Of a stretch of DNA of 52,005 nucleotides, positions 40,828-49,880 are shown in pieces. The first letter of the stretch is position 1; each line of letters starts with the position of its first letter. Both the position numbers and the translations under genes were made by a program. Origin of the DNA: an uncultured Clostridia bacterium (GTDB taxonomy: Bacteria > Bacillota > Clostridia > TANB77 > CAG-508); assembly GCA_944393315.1 (NCBI GenBank), contig CALXZT010000003.1:1-52005 (forward strand). Reading direction: 5' to 3'. Under the pieces are notes generated by a model. The model searched no databases. It had not been told where the DNA came from and was given only the letters and a program-made list of their open reading frames with translations.

Positions 40828-42879
40828 TTACCATTTTATAACGAGTTTATCAAACTTGCTTTTTACATAGTTTTCTAATTTATTCATAAAAACATTTGAT
40901 TCTATTTCTTTGTTTGCTACCATTTCTAATCCTTTTTCCCAACTGGCTGTTAGTTTAGGGTTTAACATGTCTGGCATTGAACTATTTACAATATCAAAAA
41001 TTGCTTCTCCTTTTTTTGTTGGAGTAATTATTTGTGTTTTAGTATTTATATCTATGTAATTTATTTTTTCTAGTTTCTTTATAATTTCTGCTCTTGTAGC
41101 ACTAGTTCCTATTCCTGCTCCTTTTATTTGTTCTCTTAATTCTTCATCTTCTATTAGCTTTCCCGCATTTTCCATTGCTAAAATTATTGAACCTGAATTA
41201 TATCTTGTTGGTGGAGTTGTTTCTGCATCTTTTATTTCAAATCTTTGTATTTCGATTTGTTTTCCCTTTTTTAGACTTTTTAATACATTTAAATTAGATT
41301 TTTCCACATTCGAGTCATTTCTATTTTGCATATCGACATTTTTTTCGTTTCTATCCACTGAGTTTTCCACATTTCCCGCATTTGTTGTGGATTGTTTGTT
41401 TGCTTTTTGTCGTAATACGTCTAAAAAACCATTGTTAATACAGATTTTAGCACTTGCTGTAAAAATTTCTTTTGACTTATTGTCATTTATATTATTCTTG
41501 GTTTCTATGTCTTTATTACTTTCTTCTACGTTTTCAATAATATTTACAGTTACTGCAATTTTTTCATATTCTGCTGGTGGATAAAATATTGCTAGAAATC
41601 TTCTTACAATTAATTTATATACTTCTTTCTGGAGTTCTGATAATTTTTCATAATTCTCATAACCTTGCCCTGTTGGTATTATTGCATAGTGGTCTGTTAT
41701 TTTACTATCATTTACATATTTTGTTTTTAATAGATTTGTTGAATATTTTTCATCTATCATCTTTTTTATATAAGATTGTATTTCTTCATCTTTAAAACCT
41801 TTTGCTATTCCATTTAGGTTTTTATTTATTTCCTTTGCCACTGCTGATGATAATACTCTTGCATCTGTTCTAGGATATGTTACTAATTTTTTTTCATATA
41901 AGTTTTGTATTACTTCTAAGGTTTCATCTGGTTTAATTTTAAATCTTTTTGTACATTCATTTTGTATTTCTGCTAAATTGAATAAAAGTGGTGCATTTTC
42001 CTTTTGTTTAGATTTTTTTAAATCTTCAATTATCGCCGTTTTTCCTATTATGGAGGATATAAACTCTTTAGCATCTTGTTCTTTTTTGAAGCCATTCTCA
42101 TTATATAATTTAGGGCTTTCAAAAAGTTTTGATTTTTCATTTACTTTCCACTCAGCTTCAAAGTTACTGTCTTTGCTTCCAAATAGTCCTTCTATCTTGT
42201 AGTATTTTGTTTTTGCAAAGTTACGTATTTCTCTTTCTCTAGATACTATCATTCCTAGCACACATGTCATTACCCTACCAACTGAAATTGATGCTTTTTC
42301 TTCATTTATTTGTTTTGCTAGCCTTTTTCCATATATTATAGATAGTAATCTTGAAAAATTTATTCCAATTAAATAATCTTCTTTTGCTCTTAAATATGCT
42401 GAACTTGATAAGCTATCATATTCTGATAAAGGCTTTGCTTCTCTAATTCCCCTTTGTATCTCTTCTTCTGTTTGTGAGTCTATCCAGATACGCTTTTTTT
42501 CTTTTCCTTTTACTCCTATCATTTGGTCAACAAGCCTATATATGTATTCTCCCTCTCGTCCTGAGTCAGTACCTACATAAATAGTATCTATATCTTCTCT
42601 TGTTATTAAAGCTTTTATGGTTTCAAATTGTTTTTCTACCGCTGGTATTAACTCATATTTAAATTCTTTTGGTAAAAAAGGTAGAGTGTCCAGTCTCCAA
42701 AATTTTAGTTTTTCGTCATATTTTTCTGGATAACTCATTGTTACTAAGTGTCCAACACACCATGTTATTACCCAGTCATTTGATTCTACATATCCATTTT
42801 TTCTACTAGAATTTATCTTTAATACTTTTGCAAATTCCATTGCGACTGATGGTTTTTCTGTTATTAATAATTTTTTCAT
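40828..42879 (-). CDS. topB: DNA topoisomerase III (type IA)
   Basis: TEKPSVA, TDSGREGE, SVGRV, TYPRTD, DHYAIIPT, GIGTSATRA. Confidence 0.88.
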   Translation of the reverse strand: MKKLLITEKPSVAMEFAKVLKINSSRKNGYVESNDWVITWCVGHLVTMSYPEKYDEKLKFWRLDTLPFLPKEFKYELIPAVEKQFETIKALITREDIDTIYVGTDSGREGEYIYRLVDQMIGVKGKEKKRIWIDSQTEEEIQRGIREAKPLSEYDSLSSSAYLRAKEDYLIGINFSRLLSIIYGKRLAKQINEEKASISVGRVMTCVLGMIVSREREIRNFAKTKYYKIEGLFGSKDSNFEAEWKVNEKSKLFESPKLYNENGFKKEQDAKEFISSIIGKTAIIEDLKKSKQKENAPLLFNLAEIQNECTKRFKIKPDETLEVIQNLYEKKLVTYPRTDARVLSSAVAKEINKNLNGIAKGFKDEEIQSYIKKMIDEKYSTNLLKTKYVNDSKITDHYAIIPTGQGYENYEKLSELQKEVYKLIVRRFLAIFYPPAEYEKIAVTVNIIENVEESNKDIETKNNINDNKSKEIFTASAKICINNGFLDVLRQKANKQSTTNAGNVENSVDRNEKNVDMQNRNDSNVEKSNLNVLKSLKKGKQIEIQRFEIKDAETTPPTRYNSGSIILAMENAGKLIEDEELREQIKGAGIGTSATRAEIIKKLEKINYIDINTKTQIITPTKKGEAIFDIVNSSMPDMLNPKLTASWEKGLEMVANKEIESNVFMNKLENYVKSKFDKLVIKW

Positions 42880-42893
42880 TTAAATTTCCTTTT

Positions 42894-43448
42894 TTAAATA
42901 TTAAAAAAATATGTTGCTTCTAAATCTGCTTCATTCATTAGTAGTACTAATGGATATTTTTTCATTGCTTGTCCTAATGTGCCATATAATTCTTTTGGCT
43001 CAGAAAATCCCATATGCCATCTAATTGCATATTTTTCTTCTCCTGTTAGTTTTATGTATTCTGTCAGCATCATTACTGATTTTTCTCCATGCCCATATGG
43101 TATGGTATCTTCTACAGTATAATATGGTACTTTTTCCCATACTCCTAACGCATTTTTTGCATTCCTATAGTCTATTTTGTAGAAGTTTACTTTGCATATG
43201 TCGTGTAATAGTGCTACTATTTTTACAGTATCTTCAGATATATTTAAATCTATTCCCGGTTTTTTTACTTTTTCAGATAATATATCATATACTTTTAAAC
43301 TATGTTCTAATAACCCTCCTTCATAGTCTCCATGAAATTTGGTGCTTGCAGGTGCAGTAAAAAAATCTGAAGTTTCTAAAAATTTTATTAGTTCTTCCAT
43401 TCCTTCTCTTTTGGTTGATCTTAATAGTTCTAAAAATCTTTGTTTCAT
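42894..43448 (-). CDS. HD-domain phosphohydrolase
   Basis: FFTAPAST.FHG...GGLLEHS...LLHDICK...GHGEKS...IRWHMG...AD; start ATG 43448. Confidence 0.85.
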   Translation of the reverse strand: MKQRFLELLRSTKREGMEELIKFLETSDFFTAPASTKFHGDYEGGLLEHSLKVYDILSEKVKKPGIDLNISEDTVKIVALLHDICKVNFYKIDYRNAKNALGVWEKVPYYTVEDTIPYGHGEKSVMMLTEYIKLTGEEKYAIRWHMGFSEPKELYGTLGQAMKKYPLVLLMNEADLEATYFFNI

Positions 43449-43596
43449 TTTTTGCTCCTCACTAAATTTATTTTTTATTAGTATATCATATAAGCTTATT
43501 TTTGCAAATAATAAAATATAATTATTCAAGGTTGTTTCATCTTAAATGCCATTGTGGATTATTTTTAGTATTATTTCTAACTTGTTATAATAACAC

Positions 43597-43624
43597 AAAA
43601 AAACGTCTTTTATAGACGTTTTTT
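43597..43624. terminator. Terminator after rpsU
   Basis: A7-CGTCT / AGACG-T6. Confidence 0.65.
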
Positions 43625-43635
43625 ATTTAATCAAT

Positions 43636-43806
43636 TTAAAATTTTCTTTTTCTAGCTGCCTCTGATTTTTTCTTTCTTTTTACGCTAGGCTTTTCATAAT
43701 GCTCTCTTTTACGTACTTCTTGAAGTACCCCATTTCTTGCACATTGTCTTTTAAACCTTTTCAATGCGTCTTCTATATTTCCATTATTAACTTTTATCTC
43801 TGACAT
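43636..43806 (-). CDS. rpsU: 30S ribosomal protein S21 (56 aa; not in the ORF track)
   Basis: [56 protein letters not shown]; GGAGG RBS. Confidence 0.97.
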   Translation of the reverse strand: MSEIKVNNGNIEDALKRFKRQCARNGVLQEVRKREHYEKPSVKRKKKSEAARKRKF

Positions 43807-43900
43807 TATTATTCCCCTCCTTCCGGCGTTTAAGCACTTTATGTGGGGGTTTTTTCTATGATAAACTTAAATTTTATCCTAACCCTTACTTACGATGTAT

Positions 43901-43929
43901 ATTATACATAATTTGAGATTTATTGTCAA
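43901..43929 (-). promoter_or_regulatory. Consensus SigA promoter of rpsU
   Basis: TTGACA-17-TATAAT. Confidence 0.75.
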
Positions 43930-44065
43930 GACTTAAGTTTCATTAAACCTCAAATTCAATAACTTTATTTTCCTTTATGTTTTATTTTGCCTTTATTTTT
44001 CTTTGATTGCTTGAACCATTATGTTTTGTTTTTAGTAAAAAGTTAGCTTAAAATATAAGGAAAAA

Positions 44066-44093
44066 TGGAAAAGAGAGGTATCCTCCTTTTCCA
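44066..44093. repeat. REP-like palindrome abutting the ftsH stop codon
   Basis: TGGAAAAGAGAGGTATCCTCCTTTTCCA, same family as the copies at 28.7 kb and 30.7 kb. Confidence 0.65.
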
Positions 44094-45903
44094 TTATTGT
44101 GCAAAGATTTGATTAAATTCTTCACCATCAATTTTTTCTTTTTCTAATAATATTTGTGCTACTATATGAAGTTTATCAACATTTGCTGTTAAGATTTGTT
44201 TTGCTGTCATATATCCTTTGTCAATTATCTTTTTAACCTCTTCATCTATTATTCCTGCTGTTTCTTCAGAATAATTTCTTGATTGTGCAAAGTCTCTTCC
44301 AAGGAATACTTCCTCTTGCCCTGAGCCAAACATTATTGAGCCTATTCTGTCACTCATTCCATATTTTGTTACCATATCTCTAGCGATTTTAGAAGCTCTT
44401 TCTATATCATTGCTTGCTCCTGTTGAAATATCATTTAATATTAAAGCTTCTGCTACTCTTCCTCCAAGTAGAGATATTATAGTTTCTTCCATCTCTGTTT
44501 TTGACATAAATGATTTGTCTTCTGTTGGTCTATACATTGTATATCCTCCAGCCATTCCACGTGGTACTATTGATATTTGGTGTACCGGATCTTGTGTCTC
44601 TAAAAATTTGCTTACTACTGCGTGACCTGCTTCATGATATGCTACTAACTTATTTTCTTTTTCGCTTCTAACTCTTGTTTTCTTCTCAGGTCCCATAGTT
44701 ACTTTTACCATTGCATCTTCTATTTCTTTCATTCCTATTTCATGTAGGTTCCTTCTTGCTGATAATAATGCTGCCTCATTTAAAACATTTTCTAGGTCTG
44801 CTCCTGAAAATCCTGATGTGTTTTTAGCTATTACTTTTAGATCAACATCATCAGCTAGTCTTTTCTTTTTTGCGTGTACTTCTAATATTTGTTCCCTTGC
44901 TTTTACATCTGGTGATGATACTACTATTTGTCTATCAAATCTTCCTGGTCTTAATAATGCTTTGTCTAATACATCTGGTCTGTTTGTTGCTGCTAATACA
45001 ATTACTCCCTCATTTTCAGCAAATCCATCCATTTCGACTAATAATTGGTTTAATGTTTGCTCTCTTTCATCATGTCCTCCTCCTAAACCTGCTCCTCTTT
45101 GACGTCCTACCGCATCTATTTCATCTATAAATACTATACATGGTGCATTTTTCTTAGCCTGTTCAAATAGGTCTCTTACTCTTGAAGCTCCAACACCAAC
45201 AAACATTTCTACAAAGTCTGAACCACTTATTATGAAAAATGGTACTCCTGCTTCTCCAGCTACTGCTTTTGCTAATAATGTTTTACCTGTTCCTGGATGT
45301 CCTACAAGTAACACTCCTTTTGGTATTCTTGCTCCCATGTCTGTAAATTTTTTAGGGTTTTTTAAAAATTCTACTATTTCTTGTAATTCTTCTTTTTCTT
45401 CATCCACACCTGCTACATCTTCAAATGTAACTTTATGTTTGTCTGTTGCATTTATCATTCTAGCTTTGCTCTTTCCAAAAGTCATTGTTTTGCCAGCACC
45501 AGGTTGACTGTTTGTTCCCCCTATCATCAGAAACCAGAATATTAAGAAAATAATTAGTAATCCAAATGGTGTTATTAAACTAAGTAATGTTATCCATATT
45601 GATTCTGATTCTTCTTCTAGTTCAATTGCGCCTGTTTTAATATATTCTTCAGTATAGTTTATGAAACTATCTAAACTAGGTATATTAACGTTTTTTTCAA
45701 TTTTGTCTTCTTTTAACTTTACAGTTGCAGAAGTTTTATCTGCTGCTATTGTTATTTTTTCAACTTCTCCTGAATCGATTGATGTAAGTAATTCTGAATA
45801 TGTCATTTTTAAATTACTATTTTCTAATATTGTTGATATTAATACTACAAATATTACACCTATTATTAACCACATTGCTAAAGTTTTTATTCCGCTTTTT
45901 CAA
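44094..45903 (-). CDS. ftsH: ATP-dependent zinc metalloprotease FtsH; the likely true start TTG 45903 needs a +1 shift at codon 4 (alternative start ATG 45875)
   Basis: Two TMs, [21 protein letters not shown]; AAGGAGG-7nt-TTG AAA AAG C GGA ATA AAA ACT TTA GCA ATG TGG. Confidence 0.95.
45891..45897 (-). other. Candidate +1 frameshift site AAG-CGG-A in ftsH
   Basis: From TTG 45903 the fourth codon is CGG (45894); GGA (45893) is in the FtsH frame. Confidence 0.55.
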
Positions 45904-46043
45904 AAAAATTCCTCCTTATATGGAAAGCATAGTGTTCCCATTTTATTAATTTATATTTTCTTTTGCTATATTGATTTTTATAACATAGTTTTTCTTATTT
46001 TGCAATAGTTTTTTTGTGACTTTTTTGTGAAGAACAGCGACTT

Positions 46044-47060
46044 TTAAGCATTATTTCTGGGGAAGCTATTATTTGTGCATTCTTCTTTAATAAAGAATAT
46101 TTTTTTATCTCTTACTAATACTTTTAGACCTTTGTTAGGTATCAAAAATTTATTTCCTATATTATTTTTGCATAGCTTAACGATATCTTCTATATGTATT
46201 TTCTCAATTCCTTGACTGCTACCTCTAAGTTTTGATACAGTATATAATATTATTCTTTTCTTTATTATATTATCTAGTTCATTAAATTTTTTTAAGTCTA
46301 GAATTATTTCTTTGTCTTTTTTTTGTATTAATATATTTTTATATTCTTTTTCTGTTAATTTATTTAAGAATGCATTTTCATCTGTAATTACTTCTGAAAG
46401 TCTTGATATTGCTTCTATAAAATTTGGATTAAATTCTTGTTTTATATATGGAATAACAATGTTTCGTATTTTATTTCTAGTATAATTATTGTCAAAGTTA
46501 CTTTTGTCTATTCTTGGTTTCAAGTTTTGTTGTTTACAATATTTTTCAATATCTGTTCTTTCTATTTCTATGATTGGTCTTATTATTTTATTATTTGTTT
46601 TAGGTTGTATCCCTTGTAATCCTGATATCCCACTACCTCTTAAAAGATGCATTATTATTGTTTCTACTTTATCATTTTTATTATGTGCAACTGCTATTTT
46701 ATTAGCTCCTACTTGCCTAGATATTTCTTCAAAAAAATCGTATCTTATTTTTCTTCCAGCTTCTTCTATACCTATTTTATTATTATTTGCATATTTTTCT
46801 ACTTCTATTCTTTTTGAGTAAAACTCTACATTTATTTTTTTGCAGAAGTCTTTAACAAATTCTTCTTCTGAGTTAGCTTCTTCTCTTATCATGTGATTAA
46901 CATGTGCAACCACTAATTCAACATGAAGTTGTTCTTTTAAGTTATTTAAAATATTTAACATAAAAAGAGAATCTGGACCTCCAGATACTCCTAGTACAAT
47001 TTTATCATCTGTATTTATTAAGTTATATTTTTCAATAGTTTTTAATACTGTCTCTTCCAT
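46044..47060 (-). CDS. tilS: tRNA(Ile)-lysidine synthetase
   Basis: GVSGGPDS, HVNHMIR, AHNKND..ET, D.SN....YTRNKIR; start ATG 47060. Confidence 0.93.
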   Translation of the reverse strand: MEETVLKTIEKYNLINTDDKIVLGVSGGPDSLFMLNILNNLKEQLHVELVVAHVNHMIREEANSEEEFVKDFCKKINVEFYSKRIEVEKYANNNKIGIEEAGRKIRYDFFEEISRQVGANKIAVAHNKNDKVETIIMHLLRGSGISGLQGIQPKTNNKIIRPIIEIERTDIEKYCKQQNLKPRIDKSNFDNNYTRNKIRNIVIPYIKQEFNPNFIEAISRLSEVITDENAFLNKLTEKEYKNILIQKKDKEIILDLKKFNELDNIIKKRIILYTVSKLRGSSQGIEKIHIEDIVKLCKNNIGNKFLIPNKGLKVLVRDKKIFFIKEECTNNSFPRNNA

Positions 47061-47081
47061 AATTAAAACCAATCCCTTCAC

Positions 47082-48416
47082 TTAGTCATTGTATCTTGTT
47101 TCTAAATTGACAAATTTCGTATAATTTCCCATCCATAATAAGTCTACTGTTCCTGTTGAGCCTCCTCTTTGTTTTGCTATTATTACTTCTGCAATATCTT
47201 TTTTTTCACTTTCTTTATTATATACATCATCTCTGTATAGGAACATTACTATATCGGCATCTTGTTCAATCGCACCAGATTCACGTAAGTCTGAAAGCAT
47301 TGGTCTATGGTCTGGTCTTTGTTCTACTGCTCTTGAAAGTTGTGATAACGCAATTACTGGTACATTTAACTCTTTTGCTAATATTTTTAAAGACCTGCTA
47401 ATTTCTGATATTTCTTGTTCCCTGCTCCCAACTCTTTTATTATTTCCAGTTATAAGTTGCAGATAGTCTATAACAACTAAACCTATATTTTTTTCTAGTT
47501 TTAGTTTTCTACATTTTGTACGTATTTCCATAACAGTTATTCCAGGTGTATCATCTATATATATATTTGCTTCTGAGAGAGGTCCTATAACTGAAGCAAG
47601 CTTTGCCCAGTCCTCTTCTTCTAATTTTCCTGTTCTCATTTTATTGCTATCTACCATTGCTTCACTACAAAGCATTCTATTGACTAATTGTTCTTTTGAC
47701 ATTTCTAGACTAAATATTGCTACACCTGTTTTTCCTCTTAAAGCCGCATTAGTAGCTATATTTAATACAAAAGCTGTTTTTCCCATTGCAGGTCTTGCTG
47801 CTAATAATATTAATTCAGAACCATGTAGTCCTGCGGTTCTATAGTCTAAGTCTGTAAATCCAGTTGGCACACCAGTAATGTGTTGTTTCCTATTATATAA
47901 TTCTTCTAGTTTTGTAAAGCTTTCAACTAAAACATCTTTTATTGGTGAATATCCTTTTTGGTTTTTGTTTTGCATAATATTAAATATTTTCTTTTCAGCA
48001 TGATCCATTATGTCTTCAACATCTTCTGTTTGACTATATCCTAAGTCTATCAGTTCATTTGCTGTTTTTATTAAAGTTCTTAGCATTGCTTTTTCTTCTA
48101 CAATGCTTATATATTTTTGTACATTTGCACTTGTTGGTGCTTTTTCTGGAAGATTGGCTAAATATTCAAGTCCACCAACTTGTTCTAGTTTTGACATAGT
48201 TTCTAGTTCATTTTTTAGTGTAATTAGGTCTATTGGTTCTGCTCTATTATATAAGTTTTGCATTGCTTCATATATTGCTTTGTCATCTTCTCTATAAAAG
48301 CTATCTGGTTTTAATGTTTCCATAGCAGCTATTACTGCATCTCTATCTGTTAGCATACTCCCAAGTACAGCTTGTTCTGCTTCTATGTCATGTGGTGGTA
48401 CTTTTCCTAGTTCCAT
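47082..48416 (-). CDS. dnaB: Replicative DNA helicase
   Basis: PPHDIEAEQAVLG, ARPAMGKT, IDYLQL, LSQLSR, SDLRESGAIEQDAD. Confidence 0.97.
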   Translation of the reverse strand: MELGKVPPHDIEAEQAVLGSMLTDRDAVIAAMETLKPDSFYREDDKAIYEAMQNLYNRAEPIDLITLKNELETMSKLEQVGGLEYLANLPEKAPTSANVQKYISIVEEKAMLRTLIKTANELIDLGYSQTEDVEDIMDHAEKKIFNIMQNKNQKGYSPIKDVLVESFTKLEELYNRKQHITGVPTGFTDLDYRTAGLHGSELILLAARPAMGKTAFVLNIATNAALRGKTGVAIFSLEMSKEQLVNRMLCSEAMVDSNKMRTGKLEEEDWAKLASVIGPLSEANIYIDDTPGITVMEIRTKCRKLKLEKNIGLVVIDYLQLITGNNKRVGSREQEISEISRSLKILAKELNVPVIALSQLSRAVEQRPDHRPMLSDLRESGAIEQDADIVMFLYRDDVYNKESEKKDIAEVIIAKQRGGSTGTVDLLWMGNYTKFVNLETRYND

Positions 48417-48454
48417 TATTTTGCCTCCTATACAAACCCCTATGATTTTTTGTC

Positions 48455-48898
48455 TTATGTAACTACATTTATTTTTATTTTTCCTATTACTCCTTCAAAT
48501 AGTCTGGCTTCTACTGTTCTTTCTCCTAAAACTTTTATTGGTTCTTTTATTTCGATTTTCTTTTTATCAATTGTAATTTTATATTGCTTTTCTAAATTTT
48601 CTGATATTTCTTTTGAAGATACACTTCCAAATATTTTTCCGTTTTCTCCTGCTTGTACCTTTATTTGTACAGTTATATTTTCTAATTTTTTTGCTATTTG
48701 GTGTGCTTGCTCTTTTTCTAAATCTTTTTTATATTGTTTTGCTTGGTTTTGAGAGTTTAGCTTTTGCATATTTTCAGGTGTTGCTTCTACTGCTAAATTT
48801 TTTGGAAATAAAAAATTCCTTGCATATCCATCTGAGGCATTTATTACTTCGTTTTTCTTTCCTACCCCTTTTATATTGTCTTTTAAAATTACTTTCAT
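48455..48898 (-). CDS. rplI: 50S ribosomal protein L9
   Basis: MKVILK...GYARNFLFPK, GKIFGSV. Confidence 0.97.
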   Translation of the reverse strand: MKVILKDNIKGVGKKNEVINASDGYARNFLFPKNLAVEATPENMQKLNSQNQAKQYKKDLEKEQAHQIAKKLENITVQIKVQAGENGKIFGSVSSKEISENLEKQYKITIDKKKIEIKEPIKVLGERTVEARLFEGVIGKIKINVVT

Positions 48899-48943
48899 TG
48901 GCTTTCCTCCTTTTTTTGCTAGTATATTGTATCATATATTTTT

Positions 48944-48973
48944 AAAAAATGCAGTAGTTCTACTGCATTTTTT
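48944..48973. terminator. Terminator after the membrane protein gene
   Basis: A6-TGCAGTAG / CTACTGCA-T6. Confidence 0.65.
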
Positions 48974-48988
48974 TATTTTTATATAAAA

Positions 48989-49666
48989 TTATATTGATAT
49001 CCCTAAAAAGCTAACTGCAAATACTATTACATAATATACTGCTTCTACTTTTATAAATTTTTTTAGTACATTTTCTTCTTCGGTTTCATTAGATAATGAT
49101 TTAACTGTATGATACATTAAAACTATTGAGATTACATTTAATAATCCGCCAACTGGTGTTAATATAGTATACATTTTTGTAGATATAAAATGTAATAAGT
49201 ATAATAATGAATATGCTATAGATGGTATGTAGGCAATTGCCACAGAAGTTAGTACTTTAGAGATAGAATCTTTAGCTCTATTATTTACAAAGTATATTGC
49301 AATTGTCATTGCTATTACTTTTAGGATTGGAGCTAGTGTTACTTTTAAAGTTGGCAAAAATTCAAAATCAGCATATTTACTTGTTGCATAATATAAAATT
49401 CTCTCTATAAATTCTATGACTGCCCAAGCTGCCACTAATAATAATGCTGTTTTAAATGTTTTATTTTCTTCGTCTATAGCAATTTCTTTAATTGTTTCTA
49501 TTGGATTTTTTAATAATTTTTTTATTAATCCTTTCCCTGCCTCTGCTTCTTCCTTAAAGTTAATGTTTTTCATTTGCTCTTTTGCTTCATTAAATGTTTT
49601 TGCTGTTTCTTGTTTTAGGTCTGACTCTTGTTTTATTTCTTCGTTATTTTCTTGATTTTCGTCCAT
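48989..49666 (-). CDS. Polytopic membrane protein (Yip1-like topology)
   Basis: Charged N-terminus, KNP.ET motif, about five hydrophobic segments. Confidence 0.65.
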   Translation of the reverse strand: MDENQENNEEIKQESDLKQETAKTFNEAKEQMKNINFKEEAEAGKGLIKKLLKNPIETIKEIAIDEENKTFKTALLLVAAWAVIEFIERILYYATSKYADFEFLPTLKVTLAPILKVIAMTIAIYFVNNRAKDSISKVLTSVAIAYIPSIAYSLLYLLHFISTKMYTILTPVGGLLNVISIVLMYHTVKSLSNETEEENVLKKFIKVEAVYYVIVFAVSFLGISI

Positions 49667-49880
49667 TTTTTATCCCCCTATCTTATTAAATTTATTTAAT
49701 TTTACACATATTTTTATTTTTTTTCAATAGTTTTTATGATATTTTTACCTAATTTCATAACTATTTTAAGATATATATTATATACTATGATAAAAGAAGC
49801 ATTTTTGATTTTACTTAAACCTAAATTGTTAAATGGAAAAGTAACAATGAAAGTTTATTTCAAACTATGCTTCTTTTTTG

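Noticed and set aside
45904-47082. dnaB-tilS-ftsH adjacency with no hpt gene
   Set aside because: Similar gene orders are common in Clostridia, and hpt may lie elsewhere; cannot be judged from this window
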